A stretch of 64,000 bases of DNA from a virus (IMGVR_UViG_3300042013_000056:64001-128000), one strand, 5' to 3'; positions 20,663 through 30,325 are shown, counted from the stretch's first letter. The notes: a model not told the origin generated them from the sequence alone. A program made the numbers and translations.

Positions 20663-20964
20663 TCAATATCATCCATGTGATGGGCGTATTGGAGGAATCT
20701 GATACGCTTCTTGAGCTTGAGTGCATCCCATTCAGTTGCATCAATCACACCATTTTCGATCAACAGATCGGTCATGGCTGCAATATCGGCAAGTTCGGCG
20801 GTCAGGTTGTCCCGATTAGGCAACGAGTCCGGGTTTGTTGGCTTTCGTGAGTCCAACCCATGGCGAAGAATCTTGCCGATGACTTGAACGACTTCGCCGC
20901 ATTCCTCTGAGGTTCCACCTAACAATTCAAGTTGCTTCGGTGTTAATTTGTTGAAGTGGTTCAT
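20659..20964 (-). CDS. MazG-like NTP pyrophosphohydrolase
   Basis: SEECGEVVQVIGK...AELADIAAM; start revised to MNHFNK. Confidence 0.7.
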   Translation of the reverse strand: MNHFNKLTPKQLELLGGTSEECGEVVQVIGKILRHGLDSRKPTNPDSLPNRDNLTAELADIAAMTDLLIENGVIDATEWDALKLKKRIRFLQYAHHMDDIE

Positions 20965-21403
20965 TTGATACAAATCCTGCTTTCTTTCGATGGAAATCGA
21001 CGAAATTGGGAATTGCCAACCATTCAGTTGGACAGAACCCGGCCTTATCATCGACGATGATTGACATGTAGAACTTTTCAGCGACGTTACAGGTAACATT
21101 GCCGGGTTCCATTGGATTGGAATTGAAACCGGAAATCCGAATGCCTTGATCTTCAAAGAACTTGATGATATGGGGCTTTTCTTCTTCCTGCACCGAACTC
21201 CACAGAATCAGATGGGTTTCCGGGAACTCAACCAAACGTTGGATTGCACGTTTGATGTAATAGTCGTCAATCCACTCATAGGTGAATTGCTTGTACGTGG
21301 ATTTGATACAAGTGCCGTGAAGATCGAGTGCCCAATACACCCGATCCCATTTACGTTCAGCAGTTTTTTGGTATGCGGCTTCAATTGCTCGGAAGATCGA
21401 CAT
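20927..21403 (-). CDS. HAD-superfamily phosphatase-like protein
   Basis: ALDLHGT (DxxGT), LWSS, IVDDKA. Confidence 0.65.
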   Translation of the reverse strand: MSIFRAIEAAYQKTAERKWDRVYWALDLHGTCIKSTYKQFTYEWIDDYYIKRAIQRLVEFPETHLILWSSVQEEEKPHIIKFFEDQGIRISGFNSNPMEPGNVTCNVAEKFYMSIIVDDKAGFCPTEWLAIPNFVDFHRKKAGFVSNEPLQQINTEAT

Positions 21404-21617
21404 TTGTTTTAACCAGCTCCATAATTTTCAACAGACCAATCGCACGCTGACCAGATTCAGAAATCAAGGTCGGCAAAGAACGAATGTTGTTTTCAACGGC
21501 GAGTTCATGTTGCTCATCGATGTTGATGTATTCGTAATCCACACCAAGTGCATCGAGTTGAGTTTTTGTTTGATTACAGTTGCCGCACCAAGGGGCACCA
21601 AAGATTTTGTATTTCAA
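21381..21617 (-). CDS. glutaredoxin/thioredoxin-like protein
   Basis: APWCGNC and RSLPTL; TTG start overlapping upstream TGA. Confidence 0.85.
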   Translation of the reverse strand: MKYKIFGAPWCGNCNQTKTQLDALGVDYEYINIDEQHELAVENNIRSLPTLISESGQRAIGLLKIMELVKTNVDLPSN

Positions 21618-21868
21618 CGAATTTTTACCTTGTTTTCGATATATGGTTTCAGCCAGAAGTTGTACAGGCCGCGAAACCACAAGAGGGTGATTGCTGTAGT
21701 TGTTACCAGCACACCGACTTCACCCGAACGAATGGCGATCACGTACCAGAACGGTTGGGAGACAATACCAAACAAACATCCATACTTGACAAGTGTTGGT
21801 GAATTTACACACCACATGCCAGCCAATGTCAGGAACATTTGGAGTGCCCCAATAAAATCAAGATGCAT
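21614..21868 (-). CDS. 3-TM membrane protein, possibly half-size PnuC-like
   Basis: three hydrophobic helices, GxxSQPFW motif; family call is inference. Confidence 0.5.
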   Translation of the reverse strand: MHLDFIGALQMFLTLAGMWCVNSPTLVKYGCLFGIVSQPFWYVIAIRSGEVGVLVTTTAITLLWFRGLYNFWLKPYIENKVKIR

Positions 21869-22727
21869 GATTACCATCCAGTCGGCTTTGCAGCCGGTTG
21901 CTAAAGAATTTGCCGGGAAACGGCTTGTTTACATGAGAGTCGTTGAAGTCGGTAGGAACCAGCTTACGACCAAGACGGGATTCGACATGCCCAATACAGA
22001 GCATGCCTTTGTTGGAGTCATGAATTGCGTTCCATGTTGTATCAATCAACATGTAGTGTTCACCGATCTTGCCAGTATCCACACCACAATCCATACACAA
22101 GAATTTCTTACGAGACATTCTAACCAAGCCCATTCTGTTTTGAAACTGAATCATATCAGATTAAAACAGAATAGCAAACATTAGGTTGGTGTATTTTCGT
22201 AGATTGGTAAAAGCTCTTTCGGGATGATCATCAAGCTTTCGCGGACGGTCAGTGAAATTTTACCACCACTACGGTAACCATCAGTTTCATTCTTATCCAG
22301 ATACAGACGCTGAACCTGAACGTTCTTTTCGCGGGCCAATGTGACCTTGTAGAATGCCAAACCGGAACGATTTACCGAATATACAAGGTAATCATTGTTG
22401 GAAATTTCGTTACCAATTACATCTTTCACGGTAAAAAGTCCTTGAGCAATTCGAATGGATAGATCAAAAGCGAATTTGGGCATTTAATGGTTTGTGGTTT
22501 TCTAACCGGCACCAATGTAAGTGGGCGATCAACACGTTCAGCCACTGGCAACGACCAGTCAGGGCCACTAACAATGTTATATTCATGGACATTCAATCGC
22601 CCATCGTCCGCATAACCTTTGATGTAGTAGTATCGAGCGTATGCCTGACCACAGTTACCGAAAATCGAAACAATCCACGAATCTGCGTGAATCTCACGAC
22701 CAAAATTATCTTTATGCAGTTCCATCA
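21858..22727 (-). CDS. three hypothetical genes (21858-~22139 with CMDC, 22181-22483, 22426-22727)
   Basis: starts revised around the 22150 promoter and 22745 terminator. Confidence 0.6.
22132..22180 (-). promoter_or_regulatory. promoter TGTTTGCT-N17-TATGAT inside a 10-bp inverted repeat
   Basis: arms ATTCTGTTTT (22132-22141) and AAAACAGAAT (22163-22172). Confidence 0.65.
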
Positions 22728-22744
22728 ATAAATTCCGGGCAATA

Positions 22745-22768
22745 AAAAAGGCCGCTAACGGCCTTTTT
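22745..22768. terminator. bidirectional terminator
   Basis: AAAAAGGCCG-CTAA-CGGCCTTTTT. Confidence 0.8.
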
Positions 22769-22783
22769 AAAGGGGTTGTAAAA

Positions 22784-23047
22784 TCAGCCTTTGTCGTCCA
22801 ACAGACGATCACACGCAAGGCTACGGGCGGTTTCTTCGCATTCCTGCCGATTGGCCTTGGTCTTCGGTGCCATCATGTAGCAACCGTTGAACTGTTGGAT
22901 TGCCAACTGTTTTTGAGCCAGTGTCGAACAGGTATACATCACACGGGACGAATCAACTCGACCTTCAACGTGCATCTGTTCTTCTTTCGAGGCACAGCCG
23001 GTCATTGCGAGTGCAGCCAGTGCCAGTGCAGCAAATTTCGTTTTCAT
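22784..23047 (-). CDS. lipoprotein
   Basis: signal peptide with lipobox-like AMTGC. Confidence 0.75.
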   Translation of the reverse strand: MKTKFAALALAALAMTGCASKEEQMHVEGRVDSSRVMYTCSTLAQKQLAIQQFNGCYMMAPKTKANRQECEETARSLACDRLLDDKG

Positions 23048-23057
23048 GGTTTAATCC

Positions 23058-23714
23058 TTAATGAATTGGGTCAGTGAGAACCAGTTGCGAGTTTCTACGC
23101 ATCCAGTTAGCACCATGACAGTCAATCGTTACCTTAGTACCCTTACCGGCTAACCAAAGAACAATGTCGGCCAGATGTGTATGACTATAGCCACCCATCC
23201 AACGCAAGTCAAACCAAGAATTCAAATAATAACTAATCCGTTGACGCTTCCGCTTCCGGGTCATATTCATCACCCCGAACATCGGTGAACGAACTGCTTT
23301 AACCACGTTCCACATACCAACACTATGGTCGATTTGGGCGTCTTCAAGCAGTTCCATGCGGGAAACACACCACCCACCAAGCTCGTACAGTTCGAACACC
23401 TTTGGCAGCATCGGATTCGATTCGTGGTGATCCAACGCAAATTTTGCGTATTCGACCCACTTATCCCGCCGATTATAAACCAGTTTGATCGCACCATCAC
23501 GGTTCGGGTGTGAGATAACAATCGAGTACATCCCGGCCCCGAGAATTTTACACCCGTAAAATTTCAACTGTTCGATGAAATATGTACGATCCAAACTCTC
23601 ATCGTCTTTGAACAGATTAGTCATACGTTCAGGGATTTTACTGAGGTCGCCCCACACAACCATATCGGAAATGATAGAATACCGATCCAATAACCGCGAC
23701 ATTACATCGTCCAT
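23058..23714 (-). CDS. protein kinase, T7 gp0.7-like
   Basis: LGAGMYS Gly loop, AIK Lys, DCHGAN catalytic loop, LTDP. Confidence 0.85.
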   Translation of the reverse strand: MDDVMSRLLDRYSIISDMVVWGDLSKIPERMTNLFKDDESLDRTYFIEQLKFYGCKILGAGMYSIVISHPNRDGAIKLVYNRRDKWVEYAKFALDHHESNPMLPKVFELYELGGWCVSRMELLEDAQIDHSVGMWNVVKAVRSPMFGVMNMTRKRKRQRISYYLNSWFDLRWMGGYSHTHLADIVLWLAGKGTKVTIDCHGANWMRRNSQLVLTDPIH

Positions 23715-24607
23715 TCGAAAACATTACCTTCAACAAGCTCTTTGGAATTTGATGTGCCGAACGGATCGTTCACCACCGGGATTTTACCACGAAGCATCAT
23801 ATTGAAATCTGACAGGTCATCGCCATTGTTATTATTGACTTTGACCGCAGTTGCATCAAACACCATGGACATCTGAATCAGGTCGTCGCGGTTGATAGCA
23901 GCCATGAAAACAAACGTCTCATGTTCCATCATGTCGCTGATGTATTCGCCAAAGTTCAAGTCTGGGTGATACGACTCTGCCAAATCACGGAAGCAGCCAC
24001 CATCCGGGGCTTCCACGTCATGATTTTCATGCAGGCTTTCAACAACCATCGCATAGACACCACCCTTTTGATACAAAGCGGCGATCTTCGGTGCAAAGAT
24101 GTTGCCTTGAATCTCAGTGCATGCCTTAGCCCAATCGAAACCGCCGTCTTCACCCCACTCATAGGCGACATCAGCGATGTTCATTTTGATGATCCATTGT
24201 TCACTCAGACGGTATGCAACGCTGAACGAACCAGACCCAAGGTGGCTGAATACCGATTCCATTGCAGATGTTGCAAATTCACGATCAATCCCAACACCAG
24301 ATTCATGACCGGCATAGTCAGCACCCAGACTTTCTTCACTGGCATATTCAGTGAACAGTTCGACCAAAGCTTTGGGAATTTGGGTAATGTCCATGGATTT
24401 GATGATCTTCAACTGACTATCAACATGATTCCGAGCGATATCCCATTGAGTCTTTTCATCTGGAATGAAATCAACCGGTGATTCAATTGTATCAATCACC
24501 CGTGGCGTTTGAACATCCAGTTGATTGATCTGATGCAAGTACATGTGGCACACGTCCATATCAACAAACGGACGTACTTCGGCCAAGAGTTGTTGTTCCA
24601 GCTCCAT
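23702..24607 (-). CDS. second T7 gp0.7-like kinase with ~110-aa N-terminal extension
   Basis: LGSGSFS, IIK, DLSDFN (DxxxxN), VNDP. Confidence 0.75.
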   Translation of the reverse strand: MELEQQLLAEVRPFVDMDVCHMYLHQINQLDVQTPRVIDTIESPVDFIPDEKTQWDIARNHVDSQLKIIKSMDITQIPKALVELFTEYASEESLGADYAGHESGVGIDREFATSAMESVFSHLGSGSFSVAYRLSEQWIIKMNIADVAYEWGEDGGFDWAKACTEIQGNIFAPKIAALYQKGGVYAMVVESLHENHDVEAPDGGCFRDLAESYHPDLNFGEYISDMMEHETFVFMAAINRDDLIQMSMVFDATAVKVNNNNGDDLSDFNMMLRGKIPVVNDPFGTSNSKELVEGNVFEWTM

Positions 24608-24671
24608 TCCCCAAATCCCCAATACTAAAATTGTCTGTCATCGCCTCGTTTTGTTCCAAGGCGTATGCGAT

Positions 24672-25151
24672 TCAGTTATTTTCCAGAAGTTTCTGTGCCC
24701 GGTCAAGCTCCAAATACGAAATTTGGTACTTTTTCATTCTGTTGATGTCATTTTCTGTAACACCTTTCAGACGCGTCAGACTGGAATTGTGTTTGATGTC
24801 GCCTTTTTTGATCTTGATCAGACGAACATTTTGTGATTTCACGATCCGATCAATGAACACCCGATACGATTCATCAGGGCGACGGGTCAGCGCATCAACC
24901 AAACTTAACAATGCAATACGGTTATATTTCATTGCGATGTTGACAAGCCGATCCATGTAATCAGGTTTATCTTCTTTCAGGTCATGGGCGAAGGCAGCGG
25001 CCAGATAAACGTCACTGTCAACACCCATGTGACGGGCATTCTCCATGACGGCGAAGCAATGCAGCACGTAAGGACGACCGCCCTTATCAACATCGTTCGC
25101 AAACGCTTCCGACACCAACGCAATTACTTCACCTAGGAGAGTTCCCATCAC
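24672..25151 (-). CDS. HD-domain hydrolase, SpoT/Mesh1-like
   Basis: DKGGRPYVLH...AAAFAHDLKED...IKKGDIKHN. Confidence 0.8.
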   Translation of the reverse strand: MMGTLLGEVIALVSEAFANDVDKGGRPYVLHCFAVMENARHMGVDSDVYLAAAFAHDLKEDKPDYMDRLVNIAMKYNRIALLSLVDALTRRPDESYRVFIDRIVKSQNVRLIKIKKGDIKHNSSLTRLKGVTENDINRMKKYQISYLELDRAQKLLENN

Positions 25152-25822
25152 TTAACCTCTTTGTATTCGACTACGTTCGGGAACCAGCTCAAGACTGGTG
25201 CAATACGATAACCACTGACACGGAAGTCGTAGGTTTTACCGACCTTGATGTCATTGTAGAAATCGGCAGAATCCCATTTCCAGTTGATGATGGAATCGGT
25301 GTTCTGGAACACACCCTTGTCGGTATAGAACATATACTTGCAGGAATCACGCGATTTGCAGCGCTCACCCTTTTCGGTAACCGTTACCGACATCACATCT
25401 TCTTTGATGAACGGTTTGGTGGCAGCAGCAAGAATCACACCAGCAATTGCCAATGCTGCGATTCCGTACAGAACAGTACCGAGTGTCAAATTTTTACTCA
25501 CGAATTACCCCACATTTTCAGTGTAATAGCCGACAATCTGGGTCAAAGACTTGACCGCTTCGTTGATCGACTCAGTATCGCCACGATTGGCTTGTTGCAT
25601 TGCATCAATCACAAACTCAATGTGTTTGCGTTCTTCGATAGGCATTGGAGTCTTGTCGGCCAGATATGCCAGAATCGAAACGCCAGCCAATGCGGCTGAA
25701 CGATTCAACATGTCACTTTGGGCCAGCTCACGAACAGCAACAACCTCGACCTTGATTTTTCCATTGCCGGGAATCTTTGCGATGTCACCCAGCAGCTTTG
25801 TTACCTTTGCGTTTGTAGTCAT
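25148..25822 (-). CDS. two hypothetical genes (25148-25501 membrane-anchored; 25505-25822)
   Basis: GTG start with GGGGT SD; second start revised to MTTNAK. Confidence 0.65.
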
Positions 25823-25842
25823 TTTTGCTTCCTTTGAGTTCA

Positions 25843-25873
25843 ATTCTATACCAACACACGAACAGAATAAACA
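25843..25873 (-). promoter_or_regulatory. phage promoter AATGTTTATT-N17-TAGAAT
   Basis: 17-bp spacer containing TTCTGTT. Confidence 0.7.
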
Positions 25874-26018
25874 TTTGGGCGAAATAAAGCCATGTGAGCT
25901 TCTGTAAGGCGCAGAAATGCTAACCGCGTATGTTGGGGTGCAGTTTGATACAAACCACCTCAGAACGGATTCTGGGTGGTTCTGTGGCTATGCAGGAGAG
26001 GTATGGATAGAGACTGAG

Positions 26019-26624
26019 TTAAACAAACTCAAAAAACTCTGACAGGACGCCAGAATTTGAAGATGCTTCCATGTGCTGCAATTCATCCTTTATCCCCATG
26101 CGCTCTAATACGAACGCAAAAAATAGTCGTTGACCTTCTTTTGTCCATAGGTTAAAGGCTGGAATTCCTTTGGCCCGCGCTAAATTGAACGCAGACGCAG
26201 TTCCACCCTTAACACTAATCCCGGCTGGTGGTGCATAGGCAGCAACAACATCGGTTTTGCTTTTTAAGTCCAACCCTAGGACTTGAAATACATTGCGTGT
26301 ATGCATCGCTTGGGCGTACTCACTGAGGTTATCCCACCTCGGGTGGAGCTTGCTTGCGATGTCTTCCGCTTCGAACCATATATCACCATAGTCAGATATA
26401 TGGCCGCAAGTAGAGTTTTTTGCGATAACCTCGGAAGTTCCCTTGACAACATAAATTTCTTTTCTATCAAAGCCCAACCAGCCTTGTTCCCATGCAGTGT
26501 CCGCGCCGATAGCCCCACCAGACCTGAGTTCCCAGCCTTGACGTGCCATTCGTCGGGCAATCTGATACAGCATATCGAACGCTTGTTTATTGACCTTCCG
26601 GGTGCCGATTCCAGTAACGATCAT
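26019..26624 (-). CDS. SLOG-superfamily (DprA/YspA-like) protein
   Basis: TGIGTR, RSGGAIGAD, RN, GGTA...AxxxGIPxFNL. Confidence 0.8.
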   Translation of the reverse strand: MIVTGIGTRKVNKQAFDMLYQIARRMARQGWELRSGGAIGADTAWEQGWLGFDRKEIYVVKGTSEVIAKNSTCGHISDYGDIWFEAEDIASKLHPRWDNLSEYAQAMHTRNVFQVLGLDLKSKTDVVAAYAPPAGISVKGGTASAFNLARAKGIPAFNLWTKEGQRLFFAFVLERMGIKDELQHMEASSNSGVLSEFFEFV

Positions 26625-26639
26625 AAATCACCGCCACTG

Positions 26640-27089
26640 TCAACCATTGTCTCTAAGCCGGGTAAGGATGCCGCAAAACTCACGCTCGGTCAGTACCGTA
26701 TAACTAGGATCACTAGACCCAATTGTGTGAGTCAGGTGCATCCCCTTAGTTGCCTTTAGGGCCGACTGAAACCCGTCACTCTGTCTGTACATAGAGCAAT
26801 AAGCTTGCCAGAGAAGGTGTTTGTACTCTGGTGAATGCCGACCAATTGGGCAACCCTTCCACCAGAGTGTTTGTGCTTGACGCCAAGCCTTGTTACGTGC
26901 TTTGCCTCTGAACTTCGCTGCCTTACCGATCAACTTGCAGACTTCAACTTGAATATGGGGCTTGTCAAACTTGAGTGATTGTAGTAGCCCCTCCATTGAG
27001 GCGCAATCAATTCCATCAAATATAAACCCATGTCCAGCGAAGTTGGAGAGAGCCGAACTAGGCCAGCCATTTCCACCTTGGATATTCAT
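26640..27089 (-). CDS. NADAR-family protein, T4 gp30.3-like
   Basis: WPSSALSNFA...DG...EGLLQ..K...TLWW...LTEREF..IL..LR follows recalled T4 gp30.3. Confidence 0.8.
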   Translation of the reverse strand: MNIQGGNGWPSSALSNFAGHGFIFDGIDCASMEGLLQSLKFDKPHIQVEVCKLIGKAAKFRGKARNKAWRQAQTLWWKGCPIGRHSPEYKHLLWQAYCSMYRQSDGFQSALKATKGMHLTHTIGSSDPSYTVLTEREFCGILTRLRDNG

Positions 27090-27367
27090 TCTACTTCAAT
27101 CTGTTCTTTGAGGATTTGTATCAAATCTTCTGCGTTGGTGCATGACCCTTTCAAGTCGTCCAACAGTTGAATCAACTTGATTGGATTAATCAATTGAATC
27201 ACAACGTCGTCTGTTTGGTCTGGGAACTTTCGACCTTTATCACGACAGTATGAGTATCTGGTTTTTGCATTCCGTGCAGTATCAACCACAGAACACCAGT
27301 CTGCTAATTTACCGGTGGTTTTGTTGGCAACTATGTACGCTTGTTCTTTCAGTATGTTTTGTGTCAT
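27086..27367 (-). CDS. hypothetical protein
   Basis: ATGA coupling. Confidence 0.6.
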   Translation of the reverse strand: MTQNILKEQAYIVANKTTGKLADWCSVVDTARNAKTRYSYCRDKGRKFPDQTDDVVIQLINPIKLIQLLDDLKGSCTNAEDLIQILKEQIEVE

Positions 27368-27386
27368 TACTTTATCCTTGGCAATA

Positions 27387-27413
27387 AAAAACCCGACCTA
27401 TGGCCGGGTTTTT
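27387..27413 (-). terminator. terminator after the SPFH gene
   Basis: AAAAACCCG...CGGGTTTTT. Confidence 0.7.
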
Positions 27414-27426
27414 AACTTCTGTTTGA

Positions 27427-28779
27427 TTACTGGGCGACTTTCATGTCCAGCATCAGGTCTTTGGCGTACTTGACCGAAGCCAGTTGTGCCAAGTTGCTGA
27501 TTTCACCTTGACGGCTGGACCCTTCACCAGTACCACCCATGACCATTTGTGGTACAGGGGCTTTAGCAGCGGCAGCGGCCCAAGCTTTGTTAGCTTCGAC
27601 GTATGCAGCCAGTTTCTGGGTCAAAGCACCATCCGCAACCATTACCACTTTCTTGGCGTAAGCTTCTGCTTCGGCCTTTTCTTTGGTGGTCTTTGCATCA
27701 ATCTGCGCACGGTCAAAAACCAGTTGTGCAGTTTGTTTCTCGATGGCAGCACGTTCTTTTTCACGTTCTGCTACGGTGATTGCCAGTTTTTTATCGGTTT
27801 CAGCGTTAGTGGTACGTTCTACCTGATCACGCATTGTAATCTGGCGTTTTTCTTCCACTTCCTTTTCACCGTTAGCGGTAACCAGTTTCTTCTGTTCGTC
27901 CGCAGTCTGACGACCTTGGCGAGCCAGCATCAGGTCAGCTTGCGACTTCTGGATGTTGACCATACGATCTTTGAACTGTTTCGACGGATCGATGTTCAGG
28001 ATGTTCGCATCGGCAACGGTTACACCGAGTTTCGAGAACTGACGTTCCAGACGAATCGGTTGACCAGCTTTGTTCAGAACCTTTTGGGTAATAATAACGG
28101 TAGATGTATCACCGCCGAATTCACCTTGTTCAGTACCGTTCTGTGCGATGGCAGTACCAGCCGCTACACGGGTGTTCTGAACTTGTTTTTCTACACGCTC
28201 AACCACATAAGCGCCTTCCGAGATTTGGTCTTGGAAGCTTTGACGGAAGCCAGTAGCACCACCGCTGTAGTAGTCATCCGCAGTCATCAACTGTGCAGTC
28301 GATTGCAGCGTGGATTTCATTACCGGAACGATACTTTGCAGAACAAAGTTATCAGGGGTACGGTAGGTACGAGCAAGTTGCAGGAACTGTTCACCGTCTG
28401 GCAGAGCCACACGAACGTTCGCATCCACATTCGCAGTCACACCACCCAGAAAGGTGATAGGGAATGCGGAAATCAGTGACGATCCCAGTCCATCTTGATC
28501 AGCACCCTTCGGCAGAGACGCTACGTCAGAAACAGATTGCACCGACATTTGACGCGGCCATGGGGTGTAGTTACCGAAACCGATGTAGGTGTAACCAGTA
28601 GTGCTTACGACCTTTTCAGTTTGAAGCGGGAACTTGGTTGTCACTTGCGTGATGTAACCTGCGTTGTTGTAATAGAACATGCTGCTGAACATGATCCAAA
28701 CAAACAGCAAAGCTGCAATCGCACCACCGACAATGTACGTCAGTTTTTGGTTTTGTTTCAAAGTCTCAATAAAAGACAT
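27427..28779 (-). CDS. SPFH/band-7 (flotillin-like) membrane protein
   Basis: N-terminal TM, SPFH-like core, long AEA-rich coiled coil; start revised to MSFIET. Confidence 0.8.
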   Translation of the reverse strand: MSFIETLKQNQKLTYIVGGAIAALLFVWIMFSSMFYYNNAGYITQVTTKFPLQTEKVVSTTGYTYIGFGNYTPWPRQMSVQSVSDVASLPKGADQDGLGSSLISAFPITFLGGVTANVDANVRVALPDGEQFLQLARTYRTPDNFVLQSIVPVMKSTLQSTAQLMTADDYYSGGATGFRQSFQDQISEGAYVVERVEKQVQNTRVAAGTAIAQNGTEQGEFGGDTSTVIITQKVLNKAGQPIRLERQFSKLGVTVADANILNIDPSKQFKDRMVNIQKSQADLMLARQGRQTADEQKKLVTANGEKEVEEKRQITMRDQVERTTNAETDKKLAITVAEREKERAAIEKQTAQLVFDRAQIDAKTTKEKAEAEAYAKKVVMVADGALTQKLAAYVEANKAWAAAAAKAPVPQMVMGGTGEGSSRQGEISNLAQLASVKYAKDLMLDMKVAQ

Positions 28780-28834
28780 CAATTTTCCTTTCCGTAATAT
28801 GGGGCGTTTCCGCCGTCGCTTTGTTACTGAACAC

Positions 28835-28947
28835 ACTATACCGCACATTCAGTTCCATTTAAACATTCTCAAGCATTTTGTTTCGTTTGATTCTGTTTGT
28901 TGCCGCTTGATGTGATGAATTCTACGGAATGAAACAGAACCCGTCAA
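28835..28947 (-). promoter_or_regulatory. two tandem promoters: TTGACG-N17-TAGAAT and AATGTTTAAA-N17-TATAGT
   Basis: both have exact 17-bp spacers. Confidence 0.75.
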
Positions 28948-28965
28948 CACCTTTTTCAAATCTTT

Positions 28966-29199
28966 TTACGAAACCCACTGCAACGAACCATATTGCTGTG
29001 CAACCGCGATATCTCTCACGTAGTCGCAGACACCACCAGCCAACGCACGATCAACAAACAATGTGCGAATGCAGATGTTCAGGACATTATTCATATCAAT
29101 CCCACCGGCATATACACCAGTTTCCCATGCGTTATAGATGGTAGGTTCAATCTCAGCGACTGCAAACCGCATGAATTCGGCTTCTGATACCTCACGCAT
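28966..29199 (-). CDS. hypothetical protein (MREVSEAEF...)
   Basis: start revised; the longer track ORF overlaps the phosphoesterase. Confidence 0.55.
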   Translation of the reverse strand: MREVSEAEFMRFAVAEIEPTIYNAWETGVYAGGIDMNNVLNICIRTLFVDRALAGGVCDYVRDIAVAQQYGSLQWVS

Positions 29200-29989
29200 C
29201 GTAATAACTCCTGTCCAGAAAGGCGACATCTTCCCCGGCGTAACCGTATGGGTTACAGATAACGTTCGTACAACCAATGATATAATCGCTTGGTGAGTGA
29301 ATATGACCATGCAACCAATGGGTAATCTGTGGGTGACAGTGAATGAACTGATCCAAGTCACTGTGGTAGCCGTGGTTTCCGTCGATATCCCAAGCAAAAT
29401 TTGGATCAATGCTTTGATAGCTAGGTGCGTGGTGCGTAACCACAATACACGGTTCATCAGAGGCTTCGACGGTTTCTGCGATGTAAGATAAATCGGCTTT
29501 GTGTTCCATTAACCAGTGATGTGGTTTGTATCTTTGATAGTTCTGTCTGATCGGATGGAAATATGTGATGGCTTTGAAATCGTTCATTTTTTGACCAAGG
29601 TGAAATTCCACCAATGGGCATTGACGATTCATGTTCGTCCATAGCGTAGCACCGACGAATCGGACACCATCAATCACAACAGAATCACGAATCAGGAAAT
29701 GAATGTTGGATAACCCTTCCGGGTTCATGTCTTGGAACTTCTTTCTTGCGGCAACTGGATCAATCCGGTAACCGTAATACTCATGGTTCCCCGGAACATA
29801 CACAACAGCTTTGAATCGTTTTGCCATGGATGTCAACGCATCAGCCGTTTTAGCAGCACGCTTGAGCATAGTGAAATCACCGGCAATGACCAGAACGCGT
29901 TCACTATCGCCACCCAGATACGGCAAGGTATATTGGGCGGCTTCGTGATAAAACTCATTGTGTACATCGGATATTAACCGAAATTCCAT
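29192..29989 (-). CDS. calcineurin-like metallophosphoesterase
   Basis: SDVH, AGD, PGNHE, THHAP, HGHIH. Confidence 0.9.
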   Translation of the reverse strand: MEFRLISDVHNEFYHEAAQYTLPYLGGDSERVLVIAGDFTMLKRAAKTADALTSMAKRFKAVVYVPGNHEYYGYRIDPVAARKKFQDMNPEGLSNIHFLIRDSVVIDGVRFVGATLWTNMNRQCPLVEFHLGQKMNDFKAITYFHPIRQNYQRYKPHHWLMEHKADLSYIAETVEASDEPCIVVTHHAPSYQSIDPNFAWDIDGNHGYHSDLDQFIHCHPQITHWLHGHIHSPSDYIIGCTNVICNPYGYAGEDVAFLDRSYYDA

Positions 29990-30243
29990 TACTCTTTCAG
30001 CTTTTTGGACATTTTTACCGCTCGCTCATACAGATCACTTGCAGCATCTGCCAGTTTATCACGGTCCATTGGAGTTACATCAATCGAACGATTGTGTTTG
30101 GCTGCAATGAAATACGACAACATGAACTGACGCTTTTCAAGATTTGCAGTTGCAGTTGCAGTTGCAGTTGCAGTTGCAGTTTCAACCGGAAGTTCACCCA
30201 AGTTAGTTTGTGGCGGCTTATAAGGATGTGGGTTATGCGACAT
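29989..30243 (-). CDS. hypothetical protein with (Thr-Ala)6 tract
   Basis: promoter and GAGG SD upstream. Confidence 0.65.
   Translation of the reverse strand: MSHNPHPYKPPQTNLGELPVETATATATATATANLEKRQFMLSYFIAAKHNRSIDVTPMDRDKLADAASDLYERAVKMSKKLKE
30146..30181. repeat. hexanucleotide tandem repeat (GCAGTT)x6
   Basis: read directly from the sequence. Confidence 0.95.
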
Positions 30244-30269
30244 TTGAAAATCCTCTTAGATAGATCAAT

Positions 30270-30325
30270 ATCATATCACGTTTGATATGTATATTAAACA
30301 AAAAAGGACGCCGAAGCGTCCTTTT
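30270..30325 (-). terminator. UUCG terminator followed by promoter TGTTTAAT-N17-TATGAT
   Basis: AAAAGGACGC-TTCG-GCGTCCTTTT. Confidence 0.8.

Noticed and set aside
24570-24645. Short out-of-frame ORF after GAGG, upstream of the second kinase
   Set aside because: SD-ATG spacing is only 2 nt and it overlaps the kinase start
25880-26015. Possible ncRNA or replication origin in the intergenic gap
   Set aside because: Only a terminator-like hairpin and one TTGATACAA site; no iterons or further support
30146-30181. CRISPR array or mini-array
   Set aside because: Simple hexamer repeat without spacers; no repeat-spacer array noticed anywhere in the window
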